A stretch of DNA of 64,000 bases from a virus. The notes under the pieces are model-generated. The model did not search any database. It was not told the DNA's origin and worked only from the letters and a program-made list of their open reading frames with translations. The position numbers and the translations under genes are program-made. This document shows, piece after piece, positions 45,142 to 55,150 of this stretch. The stretch is from positions 1 to 64,000 of IMG/VR virus record IMGVR_UViG_3300021425_002093; one strand, written 5' to 3'. Position 1 is the stretch's first letter. Every line of letters begins with the position of its first letter.

Positions 45142-47163
45142 TTAGTCTTCGACTTTGGTGGGTAGTCCCTTGTGCTTAGTCTTTGCAAAGTCTTCAAGAT
45201 CCTTTTCAGACATAGAACTAGCGATCTTCTTTACTTCGTCTGAAGCATCATCCATCTCACCACGCTTGTATGCGAGAGCCATGCCCATGAGCTTCTGTTG
45301 TGATTTAGAAACTGCTTTCTCATCAAGTTCAACTGATTCTTTCATTGACTTAATATGAGCAATCGCCGCTACTTTTGCTTTAGGTAATGAACTAAACTCT
45401 TTCCAAGGCTTGTCATTAATATGAACGACAACGGGGTCGGTCATCTTGTTGCCTTTTCTATAATATGTGTGGCTGGTGCCTTTGTAGACATGACCGATCA
45501 TAAATTTCATACCAGCAGGCACTTTTGGTGCTTCATCAAGTTTTTGTTTGATCTGATGCTCTTCGAGACTCTGATTCTCTTCCGCAAGAGTTCGTAAAAA
45601 TGCTTCTTCTATAGACTCGACATACATGTTGAGTTCATAGCTCTTGCCTGTGTTATATACTTGGACGTGAAGATTCTTCTTAGTGTTAGTAGGAAGAATA
45701 AATGAGTTAGTCTTACCCGAAGAAGGCTTCTTTGGACCCATTGCAACTTTGTCATGCACAGCGTCCATATCAACTTTTACTTTGTGCTTCTTCTCAGCAT
45801 GAGCGTATGCGTGTTGTAGTGCATCGGAGTATGTCTTGTGATAAATGTCATATCCTGTAGCAGATTGACCAGCGTTTCTTTTTACTTCGTCAACCTGCAC
45901 GACTGATTCGAAAAGTTCTGGAAATTCATCTTCAATTTCATCTTTATCCCATTCTAAAGCATCTTTGTCCATCAAGAACTTAACAATGTTCTTTTTATCA
46001 CCAGTGATTTGATAATCTCTACCTTTATCAACTACCTTGACACGGTATTTTCTTTGAACCTTTTTGGCTCGTGCTGGTTCATCATCAAAGTAAGGAATAT
46101 CTACTCTGATAGAGGTAGCTTCAGTAACCTGCTCGACTTCTTCTCCGAATGCGCCATATGGATCATCGTATGAAGTCATACGCTTGTCGCCTTCAGCGTA
46201 TGAGTGAAGTGTTTGCATCATGCTGTGTGCGTTTGCAAGTTTATTCTGATACCACTCTTCCATATCTCCAGACATTTCGAGATAATCAGAAATTTCTTCA
46301 GCGGCATACTGAATAAAGTGTAACTGACGAATCGCCATGCTCACTTCATCGTAACCTTCGTCGAGATCGACTGACTCATTAACTGCAGGCTTGATTGCCA
46401 AAAGACCCATTTTAGACTTGGGTACTTTCAACATTTGAGCCGCTTTCATCTTAGCACCATACAAGTCTTTTGCTTCGCCTTTTTTAATTTCAACCTTCTT
46501 GCCACCATACATAGCAATCCAGCCAGCAAATTCAGACTCTTCGAGATCGACTGACTCACGCATGACTCGACCACCCTTCCACATACCATGCTTCTGGAAT
46601 ATCTGGTGTACGCCATCACGAGGATCAGTGTCCATTCCACGAATGAACTTCTGCATTGCCATGAACGTTTTGTCCTGTTTGTTTACGTCTGACTCTTTAC
46701 CAAGTTGACGAACGAACTGACCAACACGTTCGAAATCTTTCTTATCTATACCACCATGCTTCTTTGCATAGTCATCAAATGCCTTTGCGACCTTGAAGTA
46801 GTCTACTGCTTCATCGAGATCGACTGACTCGCTCAGAATCTTGTATGACTTGATGGTTGCCCCCATGTCACCTAGTGCAAGGGTTGCGTCTTTGCCATCT
46901 CGACTATAGAGATGAAACTTCATACCGCCTGGTTTGTTGGGATCAACCATGTTGACTTTATCGACATTGTGCTTAGCACTTCGAGTCTTGCTCTTGACTT
47001 GAAATGTGCGTGTCTGACTAGAACTAATTGAAGAACCGTATGTAATCTCAATCTTAGAACCCTTCTTCAACTTGTCAAAATCAGATCGTGACACAGTTGC
47101 TTCATCAAGTTTAACTGACTCTTTTGTATCAGTAGTCTTCAAAAAAGTTTTTAACGTTTTCAT
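45142..47163 (-). CDS. modular capsid-internal polyprotein-like protein
   Basis: MKTLKTFL leader; ESV(D/K/E)L(D/E)E linkers; C-terminal AVSKSQQKLMGMAL...FAKTKHKGLP (DUF3008-like). Confidence 0.75.
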   Translation of the reverse strand: MKTLKTFLKTTDTKESVKLDEATVSRSDFDKLKKGSKIEITYGSSISSSQTRTFQVKSKTRSAKHNVDKVNMVDPNKPGGMKFHLYSRDGKDATLALGDMGATIKSYKILSESVDLDEAVDYFKVAKAFDDYAKKHGGIDKKDFERVGQFVRQLGKESDVNKQDKTFMAMQKFIRGMDTDPRDGVHQIFQKHGMWKGGRVMRESVDLEESEFAGWIAMYGGKKVEIKKGEAKDLYGAKMKAAQMLKVPKSKMGLLAIKPAVNESVDLDEGYDEVSMAIRQLHFIQYAAEEISDYLEMSGDMEEWYQNKLANAHSMMQTLHSYAEGDKRMTSYDDPYGAFGEEVEQVTEATSIRVDIPYFDDEPARAKKVQRKYRVKVVDKGRDYQITGDKKNIVKFLMDKDALEWDKDEIEDEFPELFESVVQVDEVKRNAGQSATGYDIYHKTYSDALQHAYAHAEKKHKVKVDMDAVHDKVAMGPKKPSSGKTNSFILPTNTKKNLHVQVYNTGKSYELNMYVESIEEAFLRTLAEENQSLEEHQIKQKLDEAPKVPAGMKFMIGHVYKGTSHTYYRKGNKMTDPVVVHINDKPWKEFSSLPKAKVAAIAHIKSMKESVELDEKAVSKSQQKLMGMALAYKRGEMDDASDEVKKIASSMSEKDLEDFAKTKHKGLPTKVED

Positions 47164-47176
47164 CAGTAATTTCCTA

Positions 47177-48055
47177 TTAGTACTTGGAATACTCTTTCAT
47201 GCCTCGAAGTGCGCCAGCGAGAGCAATAGCTTGAGGACCTTTACACTTGGCGACCTTCATGGCTTGTTGAACTTGAGCCATAGTATATGGGCCCATATTA
47301 CCAATCTTTGCTTCATCAACCTGCTCGACTTCTTCGTTTGCTAGTTGCAATGCGCCTTTGACTTTAGGATGACTAGATAATCCTTTCTTTAACTTCTCGA
47401 TTGCTTTGGTAGCACCAGTCATGTTTCCTGCCATGTCTTTAGCGATTCGCATTGCCCTAACCACTTGACGATCACGCATAGTTGACTCATTCATATCTTC
47501 TTCGTCATCATCGTCATCATCGTCATCATGATAGCCTTCACCATCGCAATGATCGCACTCTTCGCCGTCTACTTCACCAGTGCCTTCGCACTTCTCGCAG
47601 TCTTCCTTTTCTTCGCTAATAGCGTCTTGTCCGTTTTCAGTGACTGGATTCTCGTCAGCCAACAGCGGATCTTGCTCTTCTTTTGTTACTGCCTTAGAAA
47701 TAGCCTTTCTGCGCTTGTGTAGATACTCATCTGAGGAATCAACGTCACCGTCGTTATCGATATCTTGATCTTGTCGATCATCAAAGTCTTTTTTGACAGC
47801 CTTTTTGTTTACGGGATCAAGCTTATCTTCTTTCATCTTTTTCTTTCCGTAAGAAGCTTGAATGTTTCCTCCGCAAGATGACTCTTCGACAGATTGCTCT
47901 ACAGTTTCTTGTGCAGGCTCGTGCTGACTCATAACATTGGCAGCATCTTCTACCGCAGATGGAGCTTGTTCTTCGGCGCTATATGTAGGATCTAATGCCT
48001 TAGAGAAAGCACTCATAAATGTATCTGGGAGCGGATGTACTGGTTGCTTTTTCAT
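47177..48055 (-). CDS. acidic prohead-core/internal-like protein
   Basis: DIDNDGDVDSSDEYLHKRRKAI; two CxxCxGxG; EEVEQVDE linker; CATAAATA late-like promoter upstream. Confidence 0.7.
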   Translation of the reverse strand: MKKQPVHPLPDTFMSAFSKALDPTYSAEEQAPSAVEDAANVMSQHEPAQETVEQSVEESSCGGNIQASYGKKKMKEDKLDPVNKKAVKKDFDDRQDQDIDNDGDVDSSDEYLHKRRKAISKAVTKEEQDPLLADENPVTENGQDAISEEKEDCEKCEGTGEVDGEECDHCDGEGYHDDDDDDDDEEDMNESTMRDRQVVRAMRIAKDMAGNMTGATKAIEKLKKGLSSHPKVKGALQLANEEVEQVDEAKIGNMGPYTMAQVQQAMKVAKCKGPQAIALAGALRGMKEYSKY

Positions 48056-48093
48056 TTTTATAATTCCCTAATAAAGTTTAGTATTCTTAGTAT

Positions 48094-48930
48094 TTATGCT
48101 AATCGAGACTTCATTCTACCCCATGTAATCGGGCCTACAATGCCGTCTGGACACAGATCGTTTTCCATCTGGAATCTCATTACTGCGTCTTGTGTGTCTT
48201 CTCCAAAAAAACCATCAGCAGGGATATCTAAAAGATTTTGTAGTTCTACAACTTGATTTCCTTTAGATCCCATGTGCATATCAATGTGCATGGAAGTATC
48301 CGTGTCATGATGAATGTCAATTCCCATTAAATTTAGGACTTCTTCATAGTGTTCTGTTCTCTCAGTCAAACCGATGTATCCTCCATTAATTTTCCTTGTG
48401 ATCGCCTTAATATCTCGCTGATCAGCATATGCATTTAAATTACGAGTATCCCAATACCAGAGAGCAGAATGTAACGCACCTCGCTTTGTCTCTAAATATT
48501 GGATTGTTTCGTCCAGAGTTTTACCAACATGCTTTGCAAACTTAGTATAGTTTTCTTTGCCCGTTAGCTGTATCACTCCCCTTCCTCTGAATTTATATCC
48601 TTCTCCAGACTCTGTATCTCCGTTACCCATTCGGTTCGCATATATTACATTTGCGATCTTCACGGGCTGTCTATGATACGCTTCAACATTCTTATTCTTA
48701 AAATACTTTCCAAATAGCTTGGAAAGTGCATCAGAAGAATAATTTAAGTTTTCAGACAACACTTTAAACTGTGAACTCTCATGAGAACACTGTGCTAGAA
48801 AAGCGGCTAGTCTTTCCGGTGTCGTGATACCATAGTCTTCTAGCATATCGTTGAGTAGATCATACCACTCATCAATTTCTTTATTGCGAGGCAAGATCTG
48901 CTCAAGTAGATCTTTTCTAATCACCCTCAT
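48094..48930 (-). CDS. endolysin, GH19 domain plus C-terminal PG-binding domain
   Basis: FLAQCSHES, ENLNYS, YANRMGNG, RGRG.IQLTG..NY, INGG..G; DG.FG..T..AV..FQ...DGIVGP.TW. Confidence 0.93.
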   Translation of the reverse strand: MRVIRKDLLEQILPRNKEIDEWYDLLNDMLEDYGITTPERLAAFLAQCSHESSQFKVLSENLNYSSDALSKLFGKYFKNKNVEAYHRQPVKIANVIYANRMGNGDTESGEGYKFRGRGVIQLTGKENYTKFAKHVGKTLDETIQYLETKRGALHSALWYWDTRNLNAYADQRDIKAITRKINGGYIGLTERTEHYEEVLNLMGIDIHHDTDTSMHIDMHMGSKGNQVVELQNLLDIPADGFFGEDTQDAVMRFQMENDLCPDGIVGPITWGRMKSRLA

Positions 48931-48936
48931 AATTTA

Positions 48937-51900
48937 TCACTCGTACTTAATAACTGGATTAGGCGTCTTAAATGCTTTCTTACGCATGATTGTTTTGTTT
49001 ACAACTTCGAACTCACCGTTCTTCCAGTTTACAACAACGGGAAGATTCAGATCCGATTGCATATCTTTGAGGACAGCTTCAGCGTTACCGTGCTTCTTGA
49101 TTCGCTTACCCTTGTTGTCTGCCATCTTCTTAAAGAGTCGTTGTAACTCAGCAACTGTAATAGCAGGCTTGTTGCGAGGATCATTGAGTCGATCAGCGAA
49201 GTGTCTCGTAAATTCGATGTCTACGTCAAACTTGTTGAGCAAGCGATCTGCAAACTTTTCGAGATCGTTGATCTGCTGTTGAGTAACTTCTTCAACAAGA
49301 TCTCCCACTTGCTTTGTTGATACCCAAACACGTCCACCTTCTTCTCTGTGAAGTGACAACATATCCTCTTTATTGCCGATTGCAACTACTTCTCTTTCCT
49401 TTACGAGAGCATAGTGAGTTTCATCAGCGCCGATAGCGTCTTCACCGACTTTGATTGTCTTGCTTCGAACAGTTTCTTTCACGCAGTTTGGAACAGGCTT
49501 ACCTTTCTTCCCTTTCTTCATTCCAACTTGCTTATATCCATCCCAACAAGGATCTTGTTCGTCTAGAGCCTCTCGCTCCTTTTTCATTTTTTGGATCATT
49601 TGCTCAAGTTCTTTTACACGTTCGTCTGCGCTTTTACCAGTTGTTCTTTTGGTATAAGCGTTATAGCTTTTCCACAAGCGATCTTGAGCAGACATTTTTC
49701 GACTCTTGCGAGCTTCTTTAAAAGTCTTCTTAGGCTTTTCGCCTCGCTCTTTCTTAGAGATAGCAATAGCCGCTTGCTGTGCGGGAGAAACTGCTTCATT
49801 TACCGACTCGTAAATCAAATCCATCATTGGACTGTATGTGCTACCTGTCTTAGTTACAAGCCCGTGTTTAGTAAGAAGGCTTTTTATCTCTTTACCTTCT
49901 TCTGTACCGTATGCTTTACTAGAGATATTATTGATTCTTGAGATTTCTTTATCAATGATTCCTTCGTGCTTATAATCAGTCCGCCCAGAAGTGCTTTTCC
50001 CTAAAACCCGCATCGACTGCACAATCGTTAATAGTGCATCTTCGATTGACTGAAAGTTTCTGCTCTTGTTTTTGCTAAAGTCTCTGGCGGCAGTCTTGAG
50101 TTTATCAACATTTTTCATGTTGACTTCTTCGTTGACCGATTCCTTCTTGACCTTAGATGCTAGATCTTTATCTGCTCCGCCCCAAGTTCCTTTACCCTTA
50201 GTGATAAACGAATTGACACGAGCATACGCCCACTGCTGTTGAGTAGCACCTGGGCGATGCCCTGTCTTCCACGCTGCCATTCCCCGATCATAAACTTTTT
50301 TGAGAATACTATATGGAATTCCGGACTTATCAGCCTTTTTCATCAATGCTTCTTTTGACTCTTCAGTCAACTCATATGTTTCAGTTGCCAACCGAGGACG
50401 AGTACTACGATTCTTACGCTGAACATCAGCAGCTCTCGCACGATCTTGAATCTGATCAACCTCTTTTCTGACTCGATTGCGAATTCTCTTAATCTGATCC
50501 TTTGCTCGTTCCATGTTAGGACCTTCTTCCAAAGACTCCCCATACATTTGACGATACTTTTTAGTGTGCTTAGACTCTTTTGTCTTCGCATCATCGTCGC
50601 CCGGTGCAGACTTGTAAGAGCTAGGACTATCATCGTCCGCTTTTACGCCTTTACGGAATTGCTTTGCTCTTGCTTCTTTTTCAGAATCAGAAAGTCCCTT
50701 GTAATACTTTTTGGGCTGAGTCCCAGGCTGATCTTTTACGTCTGGATCTTGTGCAACCTTTTGCTCGCTGACAGTCTCACCGGGCGTGTCTCTCTTGTAT
50801 CGCTTAGTTACTTTTTCAGTACCACGATCACCTGCGCCACCTTCTTCTTGAACCATTTTTGCAAGAGTCTTAGCGTCTACATTATCGAATTGCTTTGCAA
50901 TAACTTGAGCGTAATAAACTGGAGAATGACGACCGGGTTTTTCTTTTTTCTTACGTGCAAGTAGTTTCTTTAAAAGCTGAGCGGCTACAGCGTATTGCTT
51001 TCGATTGACTGTTACAGACTTAAGCTTTTTGATGCCCCACGGATCATTGTCGCTGAGCGACTTTTCATCGATGGTGTTAGTAATCTCTTCGATAAGCTGT
51101 AGCAACTCTACGTCATTGACTTCTTCAAACTGACTTTGCTTTTTCTTAAATGCTTTGAATCGACCATCTAGCTTGATTGATCCTTCCTTATTAAACATCT
51201 GATGGTAACGCTTCTGTCTTGGTGTCTCGTTATCGGGAGTCAGTACAGGATTCATTTCTTCGCTTTTCGTCATAAACTTTTGACGATCAGCTTTCTTGAC
51301 CTGAGGTAAAAGTCTCTTAGCAATTCTGTCGATGATTGCTTTACGCTTTGCGACTTTCTTATCAATGAGCATTTTTTGTGCGGGACTGAGATCTTTATAG
51401 TTAGCGCCTTGCTTACCCGCAACCTTTTTACGAATCAGTTGAATTGCTTTCTTGCGAGAGCGAGTTTTAAGCTTGCTTGCGTCTGCAAATCGTCTACGCA
51501 TTCTCTTACGAGCCATGGCGATCTTAGTCTTATATCGACGCATAGTAAGGGCACGCTTTCTTCGTTGTTGAATAGTCATCACTTCATCGAGTGATTCCAT
51601 TTCTTCTTCGAGTTTAGCGAGTTTCATTCCACCACGAACCATGTCGTAGATGTTCTTAGCGTTTCGCTGGAGTTTCTTTGGGAGGCCCTTCTTAAAGCCC
51701 TCAAGATCGCCCTGAGACGCTAGCTTACGCATAACAGAAGCAGACATAGTATCAGCAGTCATATTCTTAGCTTCATCTGAGTCGGGATCTGTGCGCTCTC
51801 CGGCAGAAACTACTTCGATGTCGTCAAAGGTAAAGTCTTTACCGTTGTACTTGTTAAGCAGAGTATCAAATTCCGAGATTCTATCAGCACCAACAACGAG

Positions 51901-52281
51901 AATTACGTTGTCAAACTTAGCCTCGAGTTCTTTCATGACTTGAAAAATGGTCTTTGCTTTTGACTTGACTACAAGATTACGACCAAATGCCATTTGCGCT
52001 AGCTTTATTTTATCATCGTAACTAAGCGGATTCTTTTTAGGATCTTGTGATTGGCCAAGATAGATAAGGGGTGTAGCCGAGCGCTTCTTAGCAACTTCTT
52101 TGATTTTGTTTGCTAACTTCTCGTGACCAGACGTGATTGGATTCATGCGACCCCAACCAAGGACGACAGTTTTACCTTTTGCCTCATTAAGTGTTGGATT
52201 GAGTTCGATGGTGTTCTTGACTAAGGTTTCGTCTTTCTTTTTAGTCTTAGACGGATTTTCTTTTTTTTCTTCTTTTTCCAC
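48937..52281 (-). CDS. cytidylyltransferase-like N-terminal domain fused to multiple small domains
   Basis: GWGRMNP.TSGH, KNPL, VVGADR, VSAGER, MSAS.MR; later AYARVNSF, PCWDGY...VPNCV, FTRHFADR; late promoter at 52323-52330. Confidence 0.8.
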   Translation of the reverse strand: MEKEEKKENPSKTKKKDETLVKNTIELNPTLNEAKGKTVVLGWGRMNPITSGHEKLANKIKEVAKKRSATPLIYLGQSQDPKKNPLSYDDKIKLAQMAFGRNLVVKSKAKTIFQVMKELEAKFDNVILVVGADRISEFDTLLNKYNGKDFTFDDIEVVSAGERTDPDSDEAKNMTADTMSASVMRKLASQGDLEGFKKGLPKKLQRNAKNIYDMVRGGMKLAKLEEEMESLDEVMTIQQRRKRALTMRRYKTKIAMARKRMRRRFADASKLKTRSRKKAIQLIRKKVAGKQGANYKDLSPAQKMLIDKKVAKRKAIIDRIAKRLLPQVKKADRQKFMTKSEEMNPVLTPDNETPRQKRYHQMFNKEGSIKLDGRFKAFKKKQSQFEEVNDVELLQLIEEITNTIDEKSLSDNDPWGIKKLKSVTVNRKQYAVAAQLLKKLLARKKKEKPGRHSPVYYAQVIAKQFDNVDAKTLAKMVQEEGGAGDRGTEKVTKRYKRDTPGETVSEQKVAQDPDVKDQPGTQPKKYYKGLSDSEKEARAKQFRKGVKADDDSPSSYKSAPGDDDAKTKESKHTKKYRQMYGESLEEGPNMERAKDQIKRIRNRVRKEVDQIQDRARAADVQRKNRSTRPRLATETYELTEESKEALMKKADKSGIPYSILKKVYDRGMAAWKTGHRPGATQQQWAYARVNSFITKGKGTWGGADKDLASKVKKESVNEEVNMKNVDKLKTAARDFSKNKSRNFQSIEDALLTIVQSMRVLGKSTSGRTDYKHEGIIDKEISRINNISSKAYGTEEGKEIKSLLTKHGLVTKTGSTYSPMMDLIYESVNEAVSPAQQAAIAISKKERGEKPKKTFKEARKSRKMSAQDRLWKSYNAYTKRTTGKSADERVKELEQMIQKMKKEREALDEQDPCWDGYKQVGMKKGKKGKPVPNCVKETVRSKTIKVGEDAIGADETHYALVKEREVVAIGNKEDMLSLHREEGGRVWVSTKQVGDLVEEVTQQQINDLEKFADRLLNKFDVDIEFTRHFADRLNDPRNKPAITVAELQRLFKKMADNKGKRIKKHGNAEAVLKDMQSDLNLPVVVNWKNGEFEVVNKTIMRKKAFKTPNPVIKYE

Positions 52282-52331
52282 GTTGTCCTCTCAGGGTTTT
52301 GCGTACACTTACCTGTTGTTGTTATTTATAC

Positions 52332-53123
52332 TTAAGCTGGATTGTCTACCAGTATTAGATCGAACGTTGCTGATACTTGTGTTGCCTGTCCGGCCACAAC
52401 ATCAATCTTGATATCTGTCTTTTCTTCAAACTTGAGGGGAACAGGATAATTGATGTCGAGACTCTGACCACCTGCGGCATTGAAGTTACCTTTAATGTTA
52501 AATGCTCCGCCAAATGGTCGTGCAAACAAACGATAAGTCACCCCAGCGTTAGTAGATGCTTTATCGGATCCCAAATGCAGATCGAGAAGATAGGCAGTCT
52601 TTCCTGCTGGCACAGTGTAAACTGCCATGAGAGTTTGACCCAGACCAGCAAGAATCTTGGCTGCAACTGTACCGCTTTGTGAAATGTTGATATCTTGACT
52701 ATTCTCTGACGCTACCATTCTTGCTCGAAACACACGAGAGAAGACTGTCAATCCCGCCGAGCCGATATTAATAATTTCAATAACAGGATTATAATCTGCG
52801 TCAAGACCTTGAACTTCTACAGCCTCTCCATCATCCGCAGTGTTAGTCGCTCCAGCTAAAGTCAGTACGCTATTTGCTGGATAAGGATAAGCAACTGTTC
52901 CGCTATTACCGTCCCAAACTGTTCCAGCAGTGACATCTCCGTTTGTAGCACCAAACTTGTTGATATGTGAGTAGCCAGTAACATCTCCTGCCGCAATTGG
53001 AATGTTGGAAGCCGCACCGGAAGAATTAATAATATTTCCGTCTTTGTCTGCCATTTGAAATGCCTCAAACAGCGTCTTATTATTATCTAAAAATGATTGA
53101 GTGTCTTTATTCCAAATAGCCAT
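52332..53123 (-). CDS. putative structural protein
   Basis: INKFG, VQGLD, GQTLMAVYTVPAGKT, EKTDI. Confidence 0.7.
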   Translation of the reverse strand: MAIWNKDTQSFLDNNKTLFEAFQMADKDGNIINSSGAASNIPIAAGDVTGYSHINKFGATNGDVTAGTVWDGNSGTVAYPYPANSVLTLAGATNTADDGEAVEVQGLDADYNPVIEIINIGSAGLTVFSRVFRARMVASENSQDINISQSGTVAAKILAGLGQTLMAVYTVPAGKTAYLLDLHLGSDKASTNAGVTYRLFARPFGGAFNIKGNFNAAGGQSLDINYPVPLKFEEKTDIKIDVVAGQATQVSATFDLILVDNPA

Positions 53124-54350
53124 TTACTTGTCCCATCCCTTGATATATTCGGGAGAAAAGTTTGCTTTACTAAACTGTAATCTGTCTACTAGCTTGACTA
53201 CATTTTTACCTGTGTGATCAATCGCAACAAAGCCTTCTTGACCTGTTGCTTCAAGCCCGTCTTTAGTCTTCAAGAATGTTCCCAACCCTTGCGCCTTCTC
53301 TAGCTTGCGAATGATCATGAGTTTTGCTTTTGCTACGAGATTATATAGTGTAAACAGATCTTCGATTTCTTTGACTGGGCTACTCTTAAAGAAGTTTAAG
53401 ATTTCGTCTCGCTTGGCTCTTTGTGTCGCTTTGCCTTTCTCGCTCTTGCGCTTGTCTTCTTCTTTCTGATAGATGCCTTCGATATACGATACAAACTCGG
53501 TAGCAACTTTCTTTGGATTAGGCAACTGATCGTTACGAATCTTAGCGTTAATGAAGGTGTTCATTCTCATATTAATATCAGCATTCTTACTGATCATATC
53601 AAACGTACTACGCTTGACTTTGTTGAACGTCTTGCCTGCTTGTGATAGAATCGCAGTAATCTCTGCTGTTTCTTTCTTGTTAAAATTAGCTGAGCCAGAG
53701 ACATCTTTGTACATTGCGTCTACTGAGAAGACCTTTGCTGAAGTTTTAAGATCACTTGCAATCTCCTTTCCAAAACTTGCTGACATTGACTCAAAAGACT
53801 CTCCTCTGTATGTTGTATGCCATACCACACCGAAGTCTGCCCTGCTAATTTTTCTACCGAGGTCGCTTTTTGACGGTACAGCGTAAACAATCGTATTAGG
53901 ATGGAAAGTAATATGCGATTCACCATCAATATCCATCGTCTGTAAATCACTTTTCGAAAATAAAAAATCACCTTGAACAACTCCTTTAATACCTAAACTT
54001 GGAAGATGTTTCAATGCAACTTTCATCTTCTCATTCAAATCACCTGTTGTATCAGCATCAATATCTGCATTTGTCTTGTATATCTTAGGATTCTTATTGA
54101 AGATACCTTTCTTCGCCACGAAGAACTTGCCATCGCTCGGATCGATACCAGCGAACACTGCAGGCGCTCCGTCCCACTTCACTGTAACGTTGACAGAACT
54201 CTTTGACTTGCCTGCGAGCATATCACGCAACGAGCGAAGATAGTTAATTGTGTCACGAGCACCATCGACCCCGTTATCAATGATAGAGTCTTCAAGGTGA
54301 GTCATGTGTGTGTTCTTTGACTCATTCAAAAACGTTTTAAACGATTTCAT
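53124..54350 (-). CDS. conserved marine T4-like protein with a putative capsid-targeting leader
   Basis: MKSFKTFLNE; KNTHMTHLED, TVKWDGAPA, QGDF, EGFV, KLVDR (ligase/nucleotidyltransferase-like KxDG). Confidence 0.8.
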   Translation of the reverse strand: MKSFKTFLNESKNTHMTHLEDSIIDNGVDGARDTINYLRSLRDMLAGKSKSSVNVTVKWDGAPAVFAGIDPSDGKFFVAKKGIFNKNPKIYKTNADIDADTTGDLNEKMKVALKHLPSLGIKGVVQGDFLFSKSDLQTMDIDGESHITFHPNTIVYAVPSKSDLGRKISRADFGVVWHTTYRGESFESMSASFGKEIASDLKTSAKVFSVDAMYKDVSGSANFNKKETAEITAILSQAGKTFNKVKRSTFDMISKNADINMRMNTFINAKIRNDQLPNPKKVATEFVSYIEGIYQKEEDKRKSEKGKATQRAKRDEILNFFKSSPVKEIEDLFTLYNLVAKAKLMIIRKLEKAQGLGTFLKTKDGLEATGQEGFVAIDHTGKNVVKLVDRLQFSKANFSPEYIKGWDK

Positions 54351-54872
54351 TTATCTTTTACTCAATAGATTTTTGTTGACCCAATTGAAGATTATTGTTG
54401 CTTGAATAGGATTAACTCCCAATTTTTCGAATGTGTTATCTGCCTCCATTATTAAAAACAAATCAAACATTTCGTCAAAATTCTTTTCTTCAATAAATCT
54501 TGCAATCTTTATTCTATGTTTTGTTTTTGTAGAAATCTGCTTCCATATCTTTTTAATTTCACCTGGTTTCATTTCATGTCCGACTCTCATATTCCCAGCT
54601 TTGGGATGATTGTTTCTAAACTTAAAAAGAAGATCTTCGAAATCTAAAGTCTTTAAAATTTTCCCACTGGTATCTTTATAGTTTTTAACATCTCCGTGGA
54701 CAATACCATTAGGCTTATATTTGAGTTCGATTCCTAGTTCTTTCATTTTAGATTTGCTTACTGCATCTTTGGCATCTTTAGCTGAAACTAGCTTATTGTC
54801 GAGAACACCATCAAAGCTTACAATGAAAAAAGAGTCTTTTCTTTCTGATATAAATTGACTAAACGATTTCAT
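54351..54872 (-). CDS. internal-protein-like hypothetical
   Basis: MKSFSQFISE leader. Confidence 0.7.
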   Translation of the reverse strand: MKSFSQFISERKDSFFIVSFDGVLDNKLVSAKDAKDAVSKSKMKELGIELKYKPNGIVHGDVKNYKDTSGKILKTLDFEDLLFKFRNNHPKAGNMRVGHEMKPGEIKKIWKQISTKTKHRIKIARFIEEKNFDEMFDLFLIMEADNTFEKLGVNPIQATIIFNWVNKNLLSKR

Positions 54873-55135
54873 TTTTTCTTCCAGATCGATTTCTTTCTTT
54901 TGTTAAAAAGTGCTACGGCTGCTTCTGCATCAAGCGGTTTATCGTGTATAGCTCGCATCGTGCGATTCTGCTTTCCACGCTCATAATTACTCCTAGATAT
55001 TCGAACAACATACTTGCCTTCATCAGGACCGTTCTTGTAACGAGAGATCATCAAAGAAGTCCCACTAGGGTGCTTTATTTTCTTTATAAGAGTTTCATCG
55101 TTATACTCTGTAATGTATTGACTGAATGATTTCAT
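54869..55135 (-). CDS. internal-protein-like hypothetical
   Basis: MKSFSQYITE leader. Confidence 0.7.
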   Translation of the reverse strand: MKSFSQYITEYNDETLIKKIKHPSGTSLMISRYKNGPDEGKYVVRISRSNYERGKQNRTMRAIHDKPLDAEAAVALFNKRKKSIWKKK

Positions 55136-55150
55136 TGTTTTAACTTAGTC

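Noticed and set aside
46361-46830. 17-nt repeats as a CRISPR array or DGR
   Set aside because: Spacing is irregular (180 and 273 nt) and in frame within a CDS; no cas or reverse transcriptase gene in the window.
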